From Terriglobia bacterium (lineage in GTDB: Bacteria; Acidobacteriota; Polarisedimenticolia; Polarisedimenticolales; JAIQFR01): DNA of 64,000 nt. The stretch spans positions 1,760,001-1,824,000 of the forward strand of contig CAVVHE010000004.1 in assembly GCA_963748015.1 (NCBI GenBank), written 5' to 3'. Under the pieces are notes generated by a model that saw only the letters and a list, made by a program, of their open reading frames with translations, was not told where the DNA came from and did not search any database. Shown here one piece after another: positions 36,283 to 45,617 of the stretch. The position numbers and the translations under genes are program-made. How positions within the stretch are numbered: position 1 is the first letter of the stretch; each line of letters begins with the position of its first letter.

Positions 36283-37455
36283 CTACGTTTCGAGGGCGAT
36301 CCGGGCGAGGACCTCGGCACCGCGAGGGAGCACGGACTCGTCGAAGTCGAAGCGAGGCGAGTGGTGGGGGGCGTGGCGGCCGCCCTCGCCGGGCCCGCCC
36401 GCGCCGAGCAGGGCGAAGGCGCCGGGGACCTCGCGCAGGAAGTAGGCGAAGTCCTCCGATGCCGCGAGCGGCGGCGACTCGATCACTCCCTCGGGGCCGA
36501 CGACGGCGCGCCCCGCCCGCCGGACCCGCTCGACCGCCGCGGGATCGTTGACCACCGGGGGATAGCCGGGGCGGATCGTGACGTCGCACCGGCAGCCGGC
36601 CGCCCGCGCGGTGCCGTCGAGGACCTGCTGCACGCGCTCGCGGAGCAGCGCGCGAACGTCCTCGCGAAACGACCGCAGCGTGCCGTGCATGCGCGCCTCG
36701 TCCGGGATCACGTTCGGCGCGCTCCCCGCGTGGAGCGAGCCGACCGTGACCACCGCGGGCTCCATCGGGTCCACCGACCGGGCGACGATCGACTGGAGCG
36801 CGACGATGCCGGCCGCCGCGGCGACGATCGGGTCCGCCGCGAGGTGGGGCTGCGCGCCGTGGCCGCCGCGGCCGGTCACGGTCGCGAGGAACTCGTCCTG
36901 CGCCGCCATGATCGGCCCGGGTCGGACGTGCAGCGTGCCGGACGGGTACGGCGTCCAGAGATGCAGGGCGAAGGCGCTCTTGGCACCCGAGAACTCGAGC
37001 ACCCCCGCCTCGATCATCGCCAGCGCGCCGCCGAGCCCTTCCTCGGCCGGCTGGAAACAGAAGGTCACGTCCTGCGGGAGCGCGTCACGCCGAGACACGA
37101 GCAGCGACGCCGCGCCGAGCAGCATCGCGACGTGCCCGTCGTGGCCGCACGCGTGCATCGCCCCCCGGACCTCGGACCCGTACTCGCGGCCCGCTTCTTC
37201 CTGGATCGGCAGCGCGTCCAGGTCGGCCCGCAGGAGGACCGGCGGTCGCGACGCGCTCTTGGCCGCGAGGCGCGCGACGACGCCGGTGCGCGCGAGCCCG
37301 GTCCGGACCTCGAAGCCCAGCGCCCGGAGCCGCTCGGCCGCGAAGGCGGCCGTCCGGTGCTCCTCGAACCCCAGCTCGGGGTGCCGGTGGAGCTCGCGCC
37401 GCCAGGCCACGATCTCCGCCGCCAGCCGGTCCGCGTCCCTTCTCAGCTCGTCCAC
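36283..37455 (-). CDS. M20D amidohydrolase
   Basis: HRHPELGFEE, RADLDALP, MHACGHDGH, FQPAEE and SEDF motifs. Confidence 0.93.
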   Translation of the reverse strand: MDELRRDADRLAAEIVAWRRELHRHPELGFEEHRTAAFAAERLRALGFEVRTGLARTGVVARLAAKSASRPPVLLRADLDALPIQEEAGREYGSEVRGAMHACGHDGHVAMLLGAASLLVSRRDALPQDVTFCFQPAEEGLGGALAMIEAGVLEFSGAKSAFALHLWTPYPSGTLHVRPGPIMAAQDEFLATVTGRGGHGAQPHLAADPIVAAAAGIVALQSIVARSVDPMEPAVVTVGSLHAGSAPNVIPDEARMHGTLRSFREDVRALLRERVQQVLDGTARAAGCRCDVTIRPGYPPVVNDPAAVERVRRAGRAVVGPEGVIESPPLAASEDFAYFLREVPGAFALLGAGGPGEGGRHAPHHSPRFDFDESVLPRGAEVLARIALET

Positions 37456-37596
37456 GCGTCTGCCCTCCAGGTTCGCCCGGTCCGCATTCTCGCCCCACCG
37501 ACCGCGCGCGGGCAAGGCGCGAGCCGGAGACCGCCGCGGCCCGCCGCTATAATGCCTGTCTCCCGGGAACTTCGAAGGGCAGGAGGGCGATGCGCC

Positions 37597-38655
37597 GTGG
37601 ACGCCGCGTTGAGAGCACGGTTGTCGGATCAGGGAGCGGTCTTCGAGCCGGCGTCGGGCCGGCCGCTGCACTTCGGGAACCCCGCGGAGGAGCTGCGCGC
37701 CGCGCTGGCGGATTGCGCCCTGGCCGACCGGTCGAATCTCGGCCGGGCGATCGTGCTCGGGGGCGACGCGCTCGATCTCCTCCACCGGCTCGGCACCGCG
37801 GACCTCAAGGGGCTCGGGGCCGGATGCGGGAAGCCCACCGTGCTCACCTCGCCCAAGGGCAGGATCGTCGCGCGGCTGTTCGCGCACCACCTCGGCGCGG
37901 AAGGCATCCTCCTCGTCGGCGGCCCCGGCTCGATACCCGGGGTTCGGGCGCACGTCGGCCGGTACACCTTCCGCGAGGACGTCCGGTGGACCGACGCCAC
38001 CGACTCGTGGTCGCAGCTCGCGATTCTCGGCCCGCGCTGCCGCGACGCGGTCGCCGCGGCCGGCCTCCCCGTCCCGGATCCTCACGGCGCGGCCGCGGGA
38101 ACGCTTGGCGGAGGTCCGGTGTGGGTCCTCGGCGAGGATGGATCCTCCGCCGACGGGATCTCGGTCGTCCTGCCTGCCGCGCAGGCGGCCGCGGGCTGGG
38201 AGGCGCTGTCGCGAGCGGTCGTCGAAGCCGGTGGACGCGCCGCGGGCGACGAGGCGGTCGAGGCGTGGCGCGTGCTGCGCGGCTGGCCCGCCGACGGGCA
38301 CGAGCTGACCGAGGAGCACAACCCGCTCGAGGCGGGGCTCCGCGACGCCGTCTCGTTCACGAAGGGCTGCTACGTCGGCCAAGAGGTCGTCGCGCGGCTC
38401 CAGAGCCGGGACAAGGTCGCGCGCTCGCTCGCCGGATTCGTCCTGCCGGCCGGGTCCGCCGCGCCCCCCGCGGGCACGCCGGTCCTTCTCGAGGATCGCC
38501 CCGTCGGCACGGTCACCTCCTCGCTCGTCCCTCCCGGCCGCCGCGCTCCCGTCGCGATCGCGTACTTGAAGCGCGAAGTGCCCGCAGACGCCTCGCTCCG
38601 GATCGGCGACGCCGTCGTGACCGCAGTGCCCCTCCCCTTCGGGGACACCCTCTGA
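37597..38655 (+). CDS. ygfZ: YgfZ/GcvT-family folate-binding protein
   Basis: KGCYVGQE signature motif. Confidence 0.85.
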   Translation: MDAALRARLSDQGAVFEPASGRPLHFGNPAEELRAALADCALADRSNLGRAIVLGGDALDLLHRLGTADLKGLGAGCGKPTVLTSPKGRIVARLFAHHLGAEGILLVGGPGSIPGVRAHVGRYTFREDVRWTDATDSWSQLAILGPRCRDAVAAAGLPVPDPHGAAAGTLGGGPVWVLGEDGSSADGISVVLPAAQAAAGWEALSRAVVEAGGRAAGDEAVEAWRVLRGWPADGHELTEEHNPLEAGLRDAVSFTKGCYVGQEVVARLQSRDKVARSLAGFVLPAGSAAPPAGTPVLLEDRPVGTVTSSLVPPGRRAPVAIAYLKREVPADASLRIGDAVVTAVPLPFGDTL

Positions 38656-38669
38656 TCCTCGCACGTGGA

Positions 38670-38863
38670 GACCGTCGCTCGTCCGCGGAGCACCCCGCGG
38701 CGACCTCCCTCGGCGACGACCCGCATCGGCCGCGCGAAGGGTCGAGCAAGCGCGATGGCGCGGACCCTAGCGCCATCGCGCTCGACCCTTCGCGCGGCCG
38801 TGCAGGGGTCCCCGTCGCCTCGGGCATTGTCGCCGCGGGGTGCTCCGCGGACGAGCGACGGTC
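38670..38863 (+). repeat. Palindromic element family A, copy 4
   Basis: Perfect 35-bp arms (38670-38704 / 38829-38863) around the 124-nt core. Confidence 0.95.
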
Positions 38864-38928
38864 CGCAGCCAAGAGGAGTCGCGACATCGCGCAGGTCGAA
38901 CTCCCGCGCGGACTCCCAAGTCGTACCT

Positions 38929-39864
38929 TCAGAGCAGCGCGGCGAGGTGAACCGAGACGCACTCCTCGAGCGCGTCGAGGTGGTAGCCGCCCTCGAGGAC
39001 GGAGACGATGCGCCCGCGAGCGTGCCGCTCGGCGATGCCCCGCACGATCCGCGTCGCCTCGGCGAACGCGGGTGTAGTCACCTCGAGCTGCGCGAGCGGG
39101 TCCGCCGCGTGGGGATCGAACCCGGCGGACACGAGCACGAACTCCGGTCGGAACGCGTCGGCCGCGGGGACGAGACGGTCGCGGAGCGCTCCGAGGAACT
39201 CGTCGTCCCCGGCGCCCGGCGGGATCGGGCAGTTGAGGGTCGCGCCGGCGCCCGCGAGCCTCCCGGTCTCTCGGGCCCCTCCCGTCCCCGGGTAGAGCGG
39301 GAACTGGTGCACCGAGAAGTAGAAGACGCTCGGGTCCTCCTCGAAGATGTGCTGGGTGCCGTTTCCGTGGTGGACGTCCCAGTCCACGACCAGGACGCGC
39401 GCGATCCCCTCCTCGGCCCGGAGCGCGGCCGGCCGCGACCGCCACGTTGTTGAAGAGACAGAAGCCCATCGCGCGGTCCCTCTCGGCGTGGTGGCCGGGA
39501 GGCCGCACGGCCGCGAAGCCGGCCCGGAGCCATCGCGCGCGACCTCGCGGCAGAGCGCCGCGGTCGTCCCGGCGGCGACGCGCGCGATCTCGGCGCTCTC
39601 CTTCCCGACCGCGGTGTCGGCGTCGAGCGTCCGCACGCCGTTCGCGCAGGCTCGTTCGACCGATCGCACGTGGTCGAGGTCGTGGACCCGGCCCAGCGCC
39701 GCGTCCGAGGCCCGCTCGAGCGGGATCCGGACGCAGCGGGCGGCGAGGCCCCCCTCCTCGAGGGCGGCCCGGATGCGCTCGAGACGCGCAGGACTCTCCG
39801 CGTGGTACGGGCCGGTGTCGTGCTCCTCGAACCGCCGATCCAGCACCAATCCGACGTCGGGCAT
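38929..39864 (-). CDS. Histone deacetylase-family amidohydrolase (local frameshifts 39430-39530)
   Basis: [38 protein letters not shown] and LEGGY motifs. Confidence 0.92.
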   Translation of the reverse strand: MPDVGLVLDRRFEEHDTGPYHAESPARLERIRAALEEGGLAARCVRIPLERASDAALGRVHDLDHVRSVERACANGVRTLDADTAVGKESAEIARVAAGTTAALCREVARDGSGPASRPCGLPATTPRGTARWASVSSTTWRSRPAALRAEEGIARVLVVDWDVHHGNGTQHIFEEDPSVFYFSVHQFPLYPGTGGARETGRLAGAGATLNCPIPPGAGDDEFLGALRDRLVPAADAFRPEFVLVSAGFDPHAADPLAQLEVTTPAFAEATRIVRGIAERHARGRIVSVLEGGYHLDALEECVSVHLAALL

Positions 39865-39885
39865 CCGAGCCTCCCTCCCGCGCCC

Positions 39886-40054
39886 CGCGTCGGACGCCCG
39901 CCGTCGAGTTCGAGCCCGTGCGGCCCTGTTTTCGCGAGGCCGTCTCTTCCATGGACGGCCTCGCGAAAACCGGAGCAAGGCGGCGCGGCGACTTGCGCCG
40001 CGCAACGCCGCAGCGTGCCGCACGGGCCGAACTCGACGGCGGGCGTCCGACGCG
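39886..40054. repeat. Branched inverted-repeat element C, 169 bp
   Basis: About 38-bp terminal IR with a single 1-nt indel, enclosing a perfect 17-bp hairpin (GTTTTCGCGAGGCCGTC/GACGGCCTCGCGAAAAC) and a second GC hairpin. Confidence 0.75.
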
Positions 40055-40131
40055 AGCCTCCGGCTGGAGTTTGGATCATACGACCTTGGCGGTTCTGCCG
40101 CGACGGGTGTAGCTTCGAGACGGAGGTCCCG

Positions 40132-40359
40132 ATGCTCGAAGACCCCCGGGAGCACGACGATCCCGCAGAGGCGCTGCGGAGGCACGCCGACCGCGTCGCC
40201 TCGATGATCGTCACGTCCTCCTGCTCCGACCTCGAGTGCGCGCTCGCGGAACGGGAGCTGCGAATGGAGTGCCTCGTCGTCCTCCCGGACCGGATGGAAG
40301 TCTTCGACCGGATCTACGCGGCGCGCTTCCGCAGGCTTCGCGAGCAATTCCGCGGATGA
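40132..40359 (+). CDS. Small hypothetical protein (75 aa)
   Basis: GGAGG RBS; helical, protein-like sequence ending FDRIYAARFRRLREQFRG. Confidence 0.65.
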   Translation: MLEDPREHDDPAEALRRHADRVASMIVTSSCSDLECALAERELRMECLVVLPDRMEVFDRIYAARFRRLREQFRG

Positions 40360-40402
40360 CCCTTCCCGCGGGCGCTCACCCGGTGTAGCGTCGGGGCGCG
40401 CG

Positions 40403-41320
40403 ATGAGCCGACCCGTCCATCCCCGTGCCTTCCTGATGTCCGCGGACACCCCGGCCCTGGCGAAGGTGATCGAGCAGGCGCTCCGCGAGGCGGGGATCCC
40501 GTTCGAGACGGGCGTGCAGGCGGATCCCGCGCCGCGCGTCGTCTTCACGGTGCGGGAGGCGGACGCGGAGGCCGCGCAGGCCGTCGTCTCGCAGTTCTTC
40601 GGAACGGGCCCGCTCGCCGCTGAAGAGGCCCTCGCCGCGGAGCCGCCCGAGCCGGCCGCCGCCGCGTTCCCACGACGGGCCGTGGCCGCCGTCGCGAGCG
40701 TCGTGATCGCCCACCTGGCGATCGTGGCGCTGCTCGTGGGCCGCGATCCCGAAGCGGGCCGCCTCGTGTCGGCCGGAGGCCTCGTATCGGGTGCGCCGCC
40801 CGGCGAGCTGTGGAGGCTCCTGACCTCGCTGTTCATCCACGCCGATCCCCGGCACGCCCTGTGGAACGGGCTCTCGATGCTCGTCTTCGCGGTCCCGCTG
40901 ATCGAGCGCGCCGGGTGGGTCAGGACCGTCGCGGTCTACCTCGCGGGCGGCCTCCTCGGCGGCGTCGCGGCGCTCGCGACCTCGGAGCCCGGGACGGTGA
41001 CGATCGGCTCGTCGGGCGCCGTCGCCGGTCTGTTCGGGTACTGGGTCGCCTCGACGATCCGGCGAGCGCGGCGCGCGCCGCTCCCCCGCCGCGGCGTTCT
41101 GCTCGCCGTCGGGATCGGCTTCCTCGTCCTGCCGTCGCTCCTCACGCCGACCACGGTCGGCGGCGACAGGATCAGCGTCGCCGCGCACCTCGGCGGCCTC
41201 GTGGCGGGACTCCTGTGCGGGGCGGCGATGCAGCGCGGAGGGCGAGGAGGAGGAAGCGTCAGCGCGGGCGGGACGGACCCTGCGGACGCACCGTTTCGAG
41301 GCCCGTCGTCCCGCTCGTGA
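40403..41320 (+). CDS. Rhomboid family intramembrane serine protease
   Basis: WRLLTSLFIH, HALWN, GSSG and AHLGG motifs; soluble N-terminal domain. Confidence 0.9.
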   Translation: MSRPVHPRAFLMSADTPALAKVIEQALREAGIPFETGVQADPAPRVVFTVREADAEAAQAVVSQFFGTGPLAAEEALAAEPPEPAAAAFPRRAVAAVASVVIAHLAIVALLVGRDPEAGRLVSAGGLVSGAPPGELWRLLTSLFIHADPRHALWNGLSMLVFAVPLIERAGWVRTVAVYLAGGLLGGVAALATSEPGTVTIGSSGAVAGLFGYWVASTIRRARRAPLPRRGVLLAVGIGFLVLPSLLTPTTVGGDRISVAAHLGGLVAGLLCGAAMQRGGRGGGSVSAGGTDPADAPFRGPSSRS

Positions 41321-42023
41321 CCTTGACGCCCGCCGGGATCTCGATGTTGTAGAGCCCCGCGGCCAGATCGGGGTTCACCTGCAGGTCCCGGAACTGGATC
41401 ACCCGGACGTAGCCGTCCTTGCCGCCGAGCTCGATCTTCACGGGGAGGTACGTCGCGGCGTTCACCCAGAAGCGGACCTGCTCGATGTGCTTTCGCACCC
41501 TGCGCTTCTTCGGCTCGAGGACCAGCAGCTTCGTCCCGGCGTCCTCGGGCCCCGGATTCCCCGACCGGATGTTGTAGAAGTTGCCGAGCTCCGCCGAGGT
41601 CTGGCCGAGTCCGAAGATCCGGAAGATCCTCTCGCTCCAGCGGTGCACGTCGCTCTTCTCCGCGCGCTTCCGCTGCGGGAAGTAGCCGACGTACTCGTCG
41701 TTGGCGATCGCGAAGCGCATCACCTCGGGCTCGGCGTACTCCCACAGGACGGAGGAGGGCTTCGTCAGGTAGAAGCGCCCCTTCGCCTGGATCGGCTCCT
41801 TGAGGAGCTGGCTCGTCGTCGTCTCGACGAATTCCGCGGAGAGCGTCCGGATCGTCGACTGTACCCGGTCGAAGCCCGCGAGCGTCTCCCGGAGCGCCGG
41901 ATCCGCGGCGCCGGCCGCCGGGACCGCATCCTTGCCGGCCGCGGCGGCCGCGGCTCCGCCGAGGGCGGCCGCGAGCGCGATTCCCGCGGCGAGAAGGGCT
42001 CGGCGGCTTCGGGGAATCGACAT
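41259..42023 (-). CDS. LolA-family outer-membrane lipoprotein carrier
   Basis: Signal peptide; TLSAEF..GRFYLTKP..WEY pattern. Confidence 0.8.
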   Translation of the reverse strand: MSIPRSRRALLAAGIALAAALGGAAAAAAGKDAVPAAGAADPALRETLAGFDRVQSTIRTLSAEFVETTTSQLLKEPIQAKGRFYLTKPSSVLWEYAEPEVMRFAIANDEYVGYFPQRKRAEKSDVHRWSERIFRIFGLGQTSAELGNFYNIRSGNPGPEDAGTKLLVLEPKKRRVRKHIEQVRFWVNAATYLPVKIELGGKDGYVRVIQFRDLQVNPDLAAGLYNIEIPAGVKVTSGTTGLETVRPQGPSRPR

Positions 42024-42166
42024 GGAGAGGTCCTCTGCCCCTTGCTCGGGTGACAACCGGCGAGATTAGCAGCCGTGCCGGGTAGCGTCAAGGCAAGCGG
42101 GAGCCTCGGGCCGCGCGGCGCGCCGCGGTCTATAATTCGCGTTCGCGTCATTCGCTGGAGAAACCG

Positions 42167-44281
42167 ATGCAACGACCGCTCGCTCGCCTTGCCGCGTCCC
42201 TGCTTTCGATGCTCGTCGTGGCCGCGTGCGCCGGGACCGCGAAGCCGCAGGTGGCTTCCGCCCCCAAGCTCCCGGGCGAGGATCCCGCCCTCAGGACGGT
42301 CGCGGCGATCCTCCGGGCGGAGGATCGCAGGGTCGTGGACGGTGCGCTCCGGGCGGCGCTCTCCGACGCGGACCCCCGGCTGCGCGCCAAGGCCGTGCGC
42401 GCCGTCGCCCGCATCGCCGCCTCCGGGGCGTCCGCCGACCTCGTCGCGGCTCTCGGCGACGCCGAGGCACCGGTGCGCGCCGAGGCGGCCTTCGGTCTCG
42501 GCCAGCTCGCCGACTCCGCATCGCTCCCGCGCCTACTCGACGCGGCGAAGGACCCCGACCCTTCCGTGCGCGCGGCCGCCGCGGAGGCCCTGGGGAAGAT
42601 CCACGACCCTTCGTCCGCCGACGCGATGTCCGCGCTGCTCGACGACGGCGACCCCGGCGTGCGGGCCGGCGCGCGCCTCGCGTGCTGGAAGTACGCCGAC
42701 CCGTCCTTCGCGCTCGACCGCCTCATCCGCACGGCCAGCTCCGACCCGTTCCTGGAGTTCTCGGCGGCCTACGCGCTGGCCCGGCTCTCCGCCGCAGGGC
42801 TCGAGCCCGCGTCGTCGGGAGCGGTTCCGGGCCGGCTGCAGGACGCCGACCGGGGCCGCGTCCGCGAGCGACTCGTCGCGTTCGCGACGTCCCGGGTGCC
42901 GGAGGTCCGCATGCAGGCCGCCCGCGGGCTCTTCAAGCCCGTCGAGACCCGGGAGCTGCGCGCCCTCCAGAAGCTCCTTACCGACCCGGAGCTCGGCGTG
43001 AGGATCAACGCCATCCGGTCCCTGTGCTTCCCGGGAATGGCCCAGGAGACCTACCTGCAGTCCGCGCTCGATTCGGGAGTCGCGCCGCTGGTCGTCGCGG
43101 CCACGGAGGGGCTCGGCCGTGTCGGGACCCTCGCGGCAAGGGACCTGCTCGTCAAAGGGATGCTCAAGGAGCCGAACCTCTGGATCAAGGAGACGATGTT
43201 CGCCTCCCTCGGCAAGGTGGATCCGGAGATCGCGGCGGGGATCGCGAACGGGATGTCGAAGGATCCCGCTCCCGAGCTGCGCGCCGTGGCCGCGCGAAAC
43301 GTCGCCGGACGAACGGACGAGAAGGCCCGCGAGATCGTCGACCGCCTGCTCGCCGACCCGGACCCGCTCGTGGCCGTGGCCGCGGTCGCTTCGCGCGGCG
43401 GCGTGGACGGCCCTCTGTCGGACGTGCTCAAGGGAGCCCCGGCTTCCCCGGATCCGGCGGTGCGCGCGGCGGTGGCGCGCGTCGTGGGACTTCGGCTTCA
43501 GCGCCCCCGCCTCACCCCCGAAGAGCGGGACGAGGCGCTCGAGAGCATCGCGCAGCTCTGGACTCGCTCGGTCGCGGACAAGATGCCTCTCGCGAAGCTC
43601 GCGGTGCTCGAAGCCGCCGCGCGCGCGGGAAAGGATGCGAGGACGCGGGTCCTCCTGGTCGCGGGGCTCGATGACGCCGACCGGCTCGTCCGGCTCAAGG
43701 CGATCGAGAGCCTCCGCTCGGCGTTCGGAGAGGATCACGCGGATCGAGCGGGCGCCGCGTCGGAGCGTCCCATCGAGGACTACCTGGAGATCGTGCGGTG
43801 GGCGACGCAGCCGAGAGCCGCCATCGTGACCTTGGCGCGGGAGGGATCCGCCCCCGGGCGATTCACCATCTCGCTCGACACGGTGAACGCGCCCCTCGCT
43901 TCGTGGAACTTCGCGAAGCTCGCGGACCAGGGCTTCTTCGACGGCCTATCGGTGCACCGGGTCGTGCCGAACTTCGTCGTGCAGGACGGCGATCCCCGCG
44001 GTGACGGCAACGGCGACCCCGGCTACTCGATTCGCGACGAATTCAGCCGCCAGCGCTTCCTGCCGGGGACGGTCGGGATGGCGTCGGATGGGCCGGACAC
44101 CGCGGGAAGCCAGTGGTTCGTGACCCTCTCCACCCAGCCGCATCTCGACGGGCGCTACACCGCGTTCGGCCACGTGGTCCGCAGCCTCGACGGGGTGGTG
44201 AACCGGGTCCTGCCGAAGGACAAGGTGGTCAAGATCCGCAGCTACGTGGGGAACGGCACCGAGCCGCTGCCGCAGGAGTAG
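42167..44281 (+). CDS. Lipoprotein with HEAT repeats and C-terminal cyclophilin-type PPIase
   Basis: Lipobox VAAC; DPxVR HEAT repeats; HRVVPNFVVQDGDP, GSQWF and HLDGRYTAFG motifs. Confidence 0.9.
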   Translation: MQRPLARLAASLLSMLVVAACAGTAKPQVASAPKLPGEDPALRTVAAILRAEDRRVVDGALRAALSDADPRLRAKAVRAVARIAASGASADLVAALGDAEAPVRAEAAFGLGQLADSASLPRLLDAAKDPDPSVRAAAAEALGKIHDPSSADAMSALLDDGDPGVRAGARLACWKYADPSFALDRLIRTASSDPFLEFSAAYALARLSAAGLEPASSGAVPGRLQDADRGRVRERLVAFATSRVPEVRMQAARGLFKPVETRELRALQKLLTDPELGVRINAIRSLCFPGMAQETYLQSALDSGVAPLVVAATEGLGRVGTLAARDLLVKGMLKEPNLWIKETMFASLGKVDPEIAAGIANGMSKDPAPELRAVAARNVAGRTDEKAREIVDRLLADPDPLVAVAAVASRGGVDGPLSDVLKGAPASPDPAVRAAVARVVGLRLQRPRLTPEERDEALESIAQLWTRSVADKMPLAKLAVLEAAARAGKDARTRVLLVAGLDDADRLVRLKAIESLRSAFGEDHADRAGAASERPIEDYLEIVRWATQPRAAIVTLAREGSAPGRFTISLDTVNAPLASWNFAKLADQGFFDGLSVHRVVPNFVVQDGDPRGDGNGDPGYSIRDEFSRQRFLPGTVGMASDGPDTAGSQWFVTLSTQPHLDGRYTAFGHVVRSLDGVVNRVLPKDKVVKIRSYVGNGTEPLPQE

Positions 44282-44284
44282 CGC

Positions 44285-44447
44285 TAGTGTTTCGTACCCG
44301 AAGTCCCGTTGACATCGCGGCCGTCGATGCGCCCGGCCTGCGAGGAGCGACGAGGGAGCATACCGGGAGTATTCGACCGAGGAGCGACGAAGCAGGCCGG
44401 GATGCAGCGGCGGCCGAATGCAACGCGACTTCGGGTACGAGACACTA
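44285..44447. mobile_element. MITE-like element D, 163 bp, TA-bounded
   Basis: 27-bp TIR with 2 mismatches (TAGTGTTTCGTACCCGAAGT...ACTTCGGGTACGAGACACTA); its right end coincides with the stop codon of the HD-GYP gene. Confidence 0.75.
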
Positions 44448-45536
44448 CTCCCTCGCCGCGCGGAGCCGCACCTCGTGGGCCTCGAGGTCGCGCCCCACGC
44501 GCGTGCGGATCTCCGTCCAGACGTCCTCCCCGATCGAGAGGAAGGCGTCGGCGACCTTCGGGTCGAACTGGACGCCGGAGAAGCGGCGGACCTCTTGCCG
44601 GGCGTCGCCCACCGAGAGCGCGCGCCGGTAGGGGCGGTCCGAGGTCATCGCGTCGAACGTGTCCACCACGGCGAAAATCCTCGCCCCGAGGGGGATCTCC
44701 TCGTGCTTCAGTCCGCGCGGGTATCCCGAGCCGTCCCAGCGCTCCTGGTGGCAGAGCACGATGTCGAGGGCGGGCTGGAAGAACTCGATGTTCCGGAGCA
44801 TCCGGTAACCCATCTCCGGATGTTTCTGCATCTCGGCCCATTCTTCCGGGTCGAGCTTCCCGGGCTTCTTCAGGATCGCGTCGGGCACGCCGATCTTCCC
44901 GACGTCGTGCAGGATCGCCCCCCGCCGGATCCAGGACAGCTCGGGCTCGCCGACCCCCATCCGCAGCGCGACCTGCACGCCGTACTCCACGACGCGGAAC
45001 GAGTGCCCCTGGGTCTCGTTGTCGCGGTAGTCGAGGGCGGTCACCAGCGCCTGCAGCGTCGCCTCGTAGGATTCCTCGAGCTGGCGCGTGCGTTGGGCGA
45101 CCATCTCCTCGAGGTGGAGCTGGTAGGCGCGGTTCTCGAGGACCAGCCCGCGGCTCCGCAACGTCCTCTCGACGACGATCCGGACCTCCTCGATGTTGAA
45201 CGGCTTGGCGACGTAGTCGGAGGCGCCGTCGCGGATCGCGCCGATCGCCGTGTCCACGTCCACGACGCCCGTGACCATGATCACGTCGATGTCGCCGTCG
45301 TGAGCCTTGATCCTGCGCAGGAGGTCGATGCCGCTCTCGCCCGGCATGTCGATGTCCGACAGCACGAGGTGGACTCCCCCCTGCCGGACGATCTCCCACG
45401 CCTCGGCCGCGCTGCCCGCCGAGCGGAGATCGTAGCCGTACGCGTCGAGCGTGTCGGCGAGGAGCTCGCGCACCGAGAGCTCGTCGTCCACCACTAGGAC
45501 GCGGTTCCGCGGAGCGTTCCCACTCACATCGGGCAT
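44445..45536 (-). CDS. Response regulator with HD-GYP c-di-GMP phosphodiesterase domain
   Basis: VVDD, SDIDMP and AKPF receiver motifs; HDVGK, HQERWDGSGYP and DAMTSDRPYR. Confidence 0.93.
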   Translation of the reverse strand: MPDVSGNAPRNRVLVVDDELSVRELLADTLDAYGYDLRSAGSAAEAWEIVRQGGVHLVLSDIDMPGESGIDLLRRIKAHDGDIDVIMVTGVVDVDTAIGAIRDGASDYVAKPFNIEEVRIVVERTLRSRGLVLENRAYQLHLEEMVAQRTRQLEESYEATLQALVTALDYRDNETQGHSFRVVEYGVQVALRMGVGEPELSWIRRGAILHDVGKIGVPDAILKKPGKLDPEEWAEMQKHPEMGYRMLRNIEFFQPALDIVLCHQERWDGSGYPRGLKHEEIPLGARIFAVVDTFDAMTSDRPYRRALSVGDARQEVRRFSGVQFDPKVADAFLSIGEDVWTEIRTRVGRDLEAHEVRLRAARE

Positions 45537-45617
45537 CTGCTGCGATCCTCCTGCGCGAGCCGTCTCGCGGGCCGAGCGAGAGCGGGATTCTATCCTGCGC
45601 GCGCGAGGCAGCCAAGC

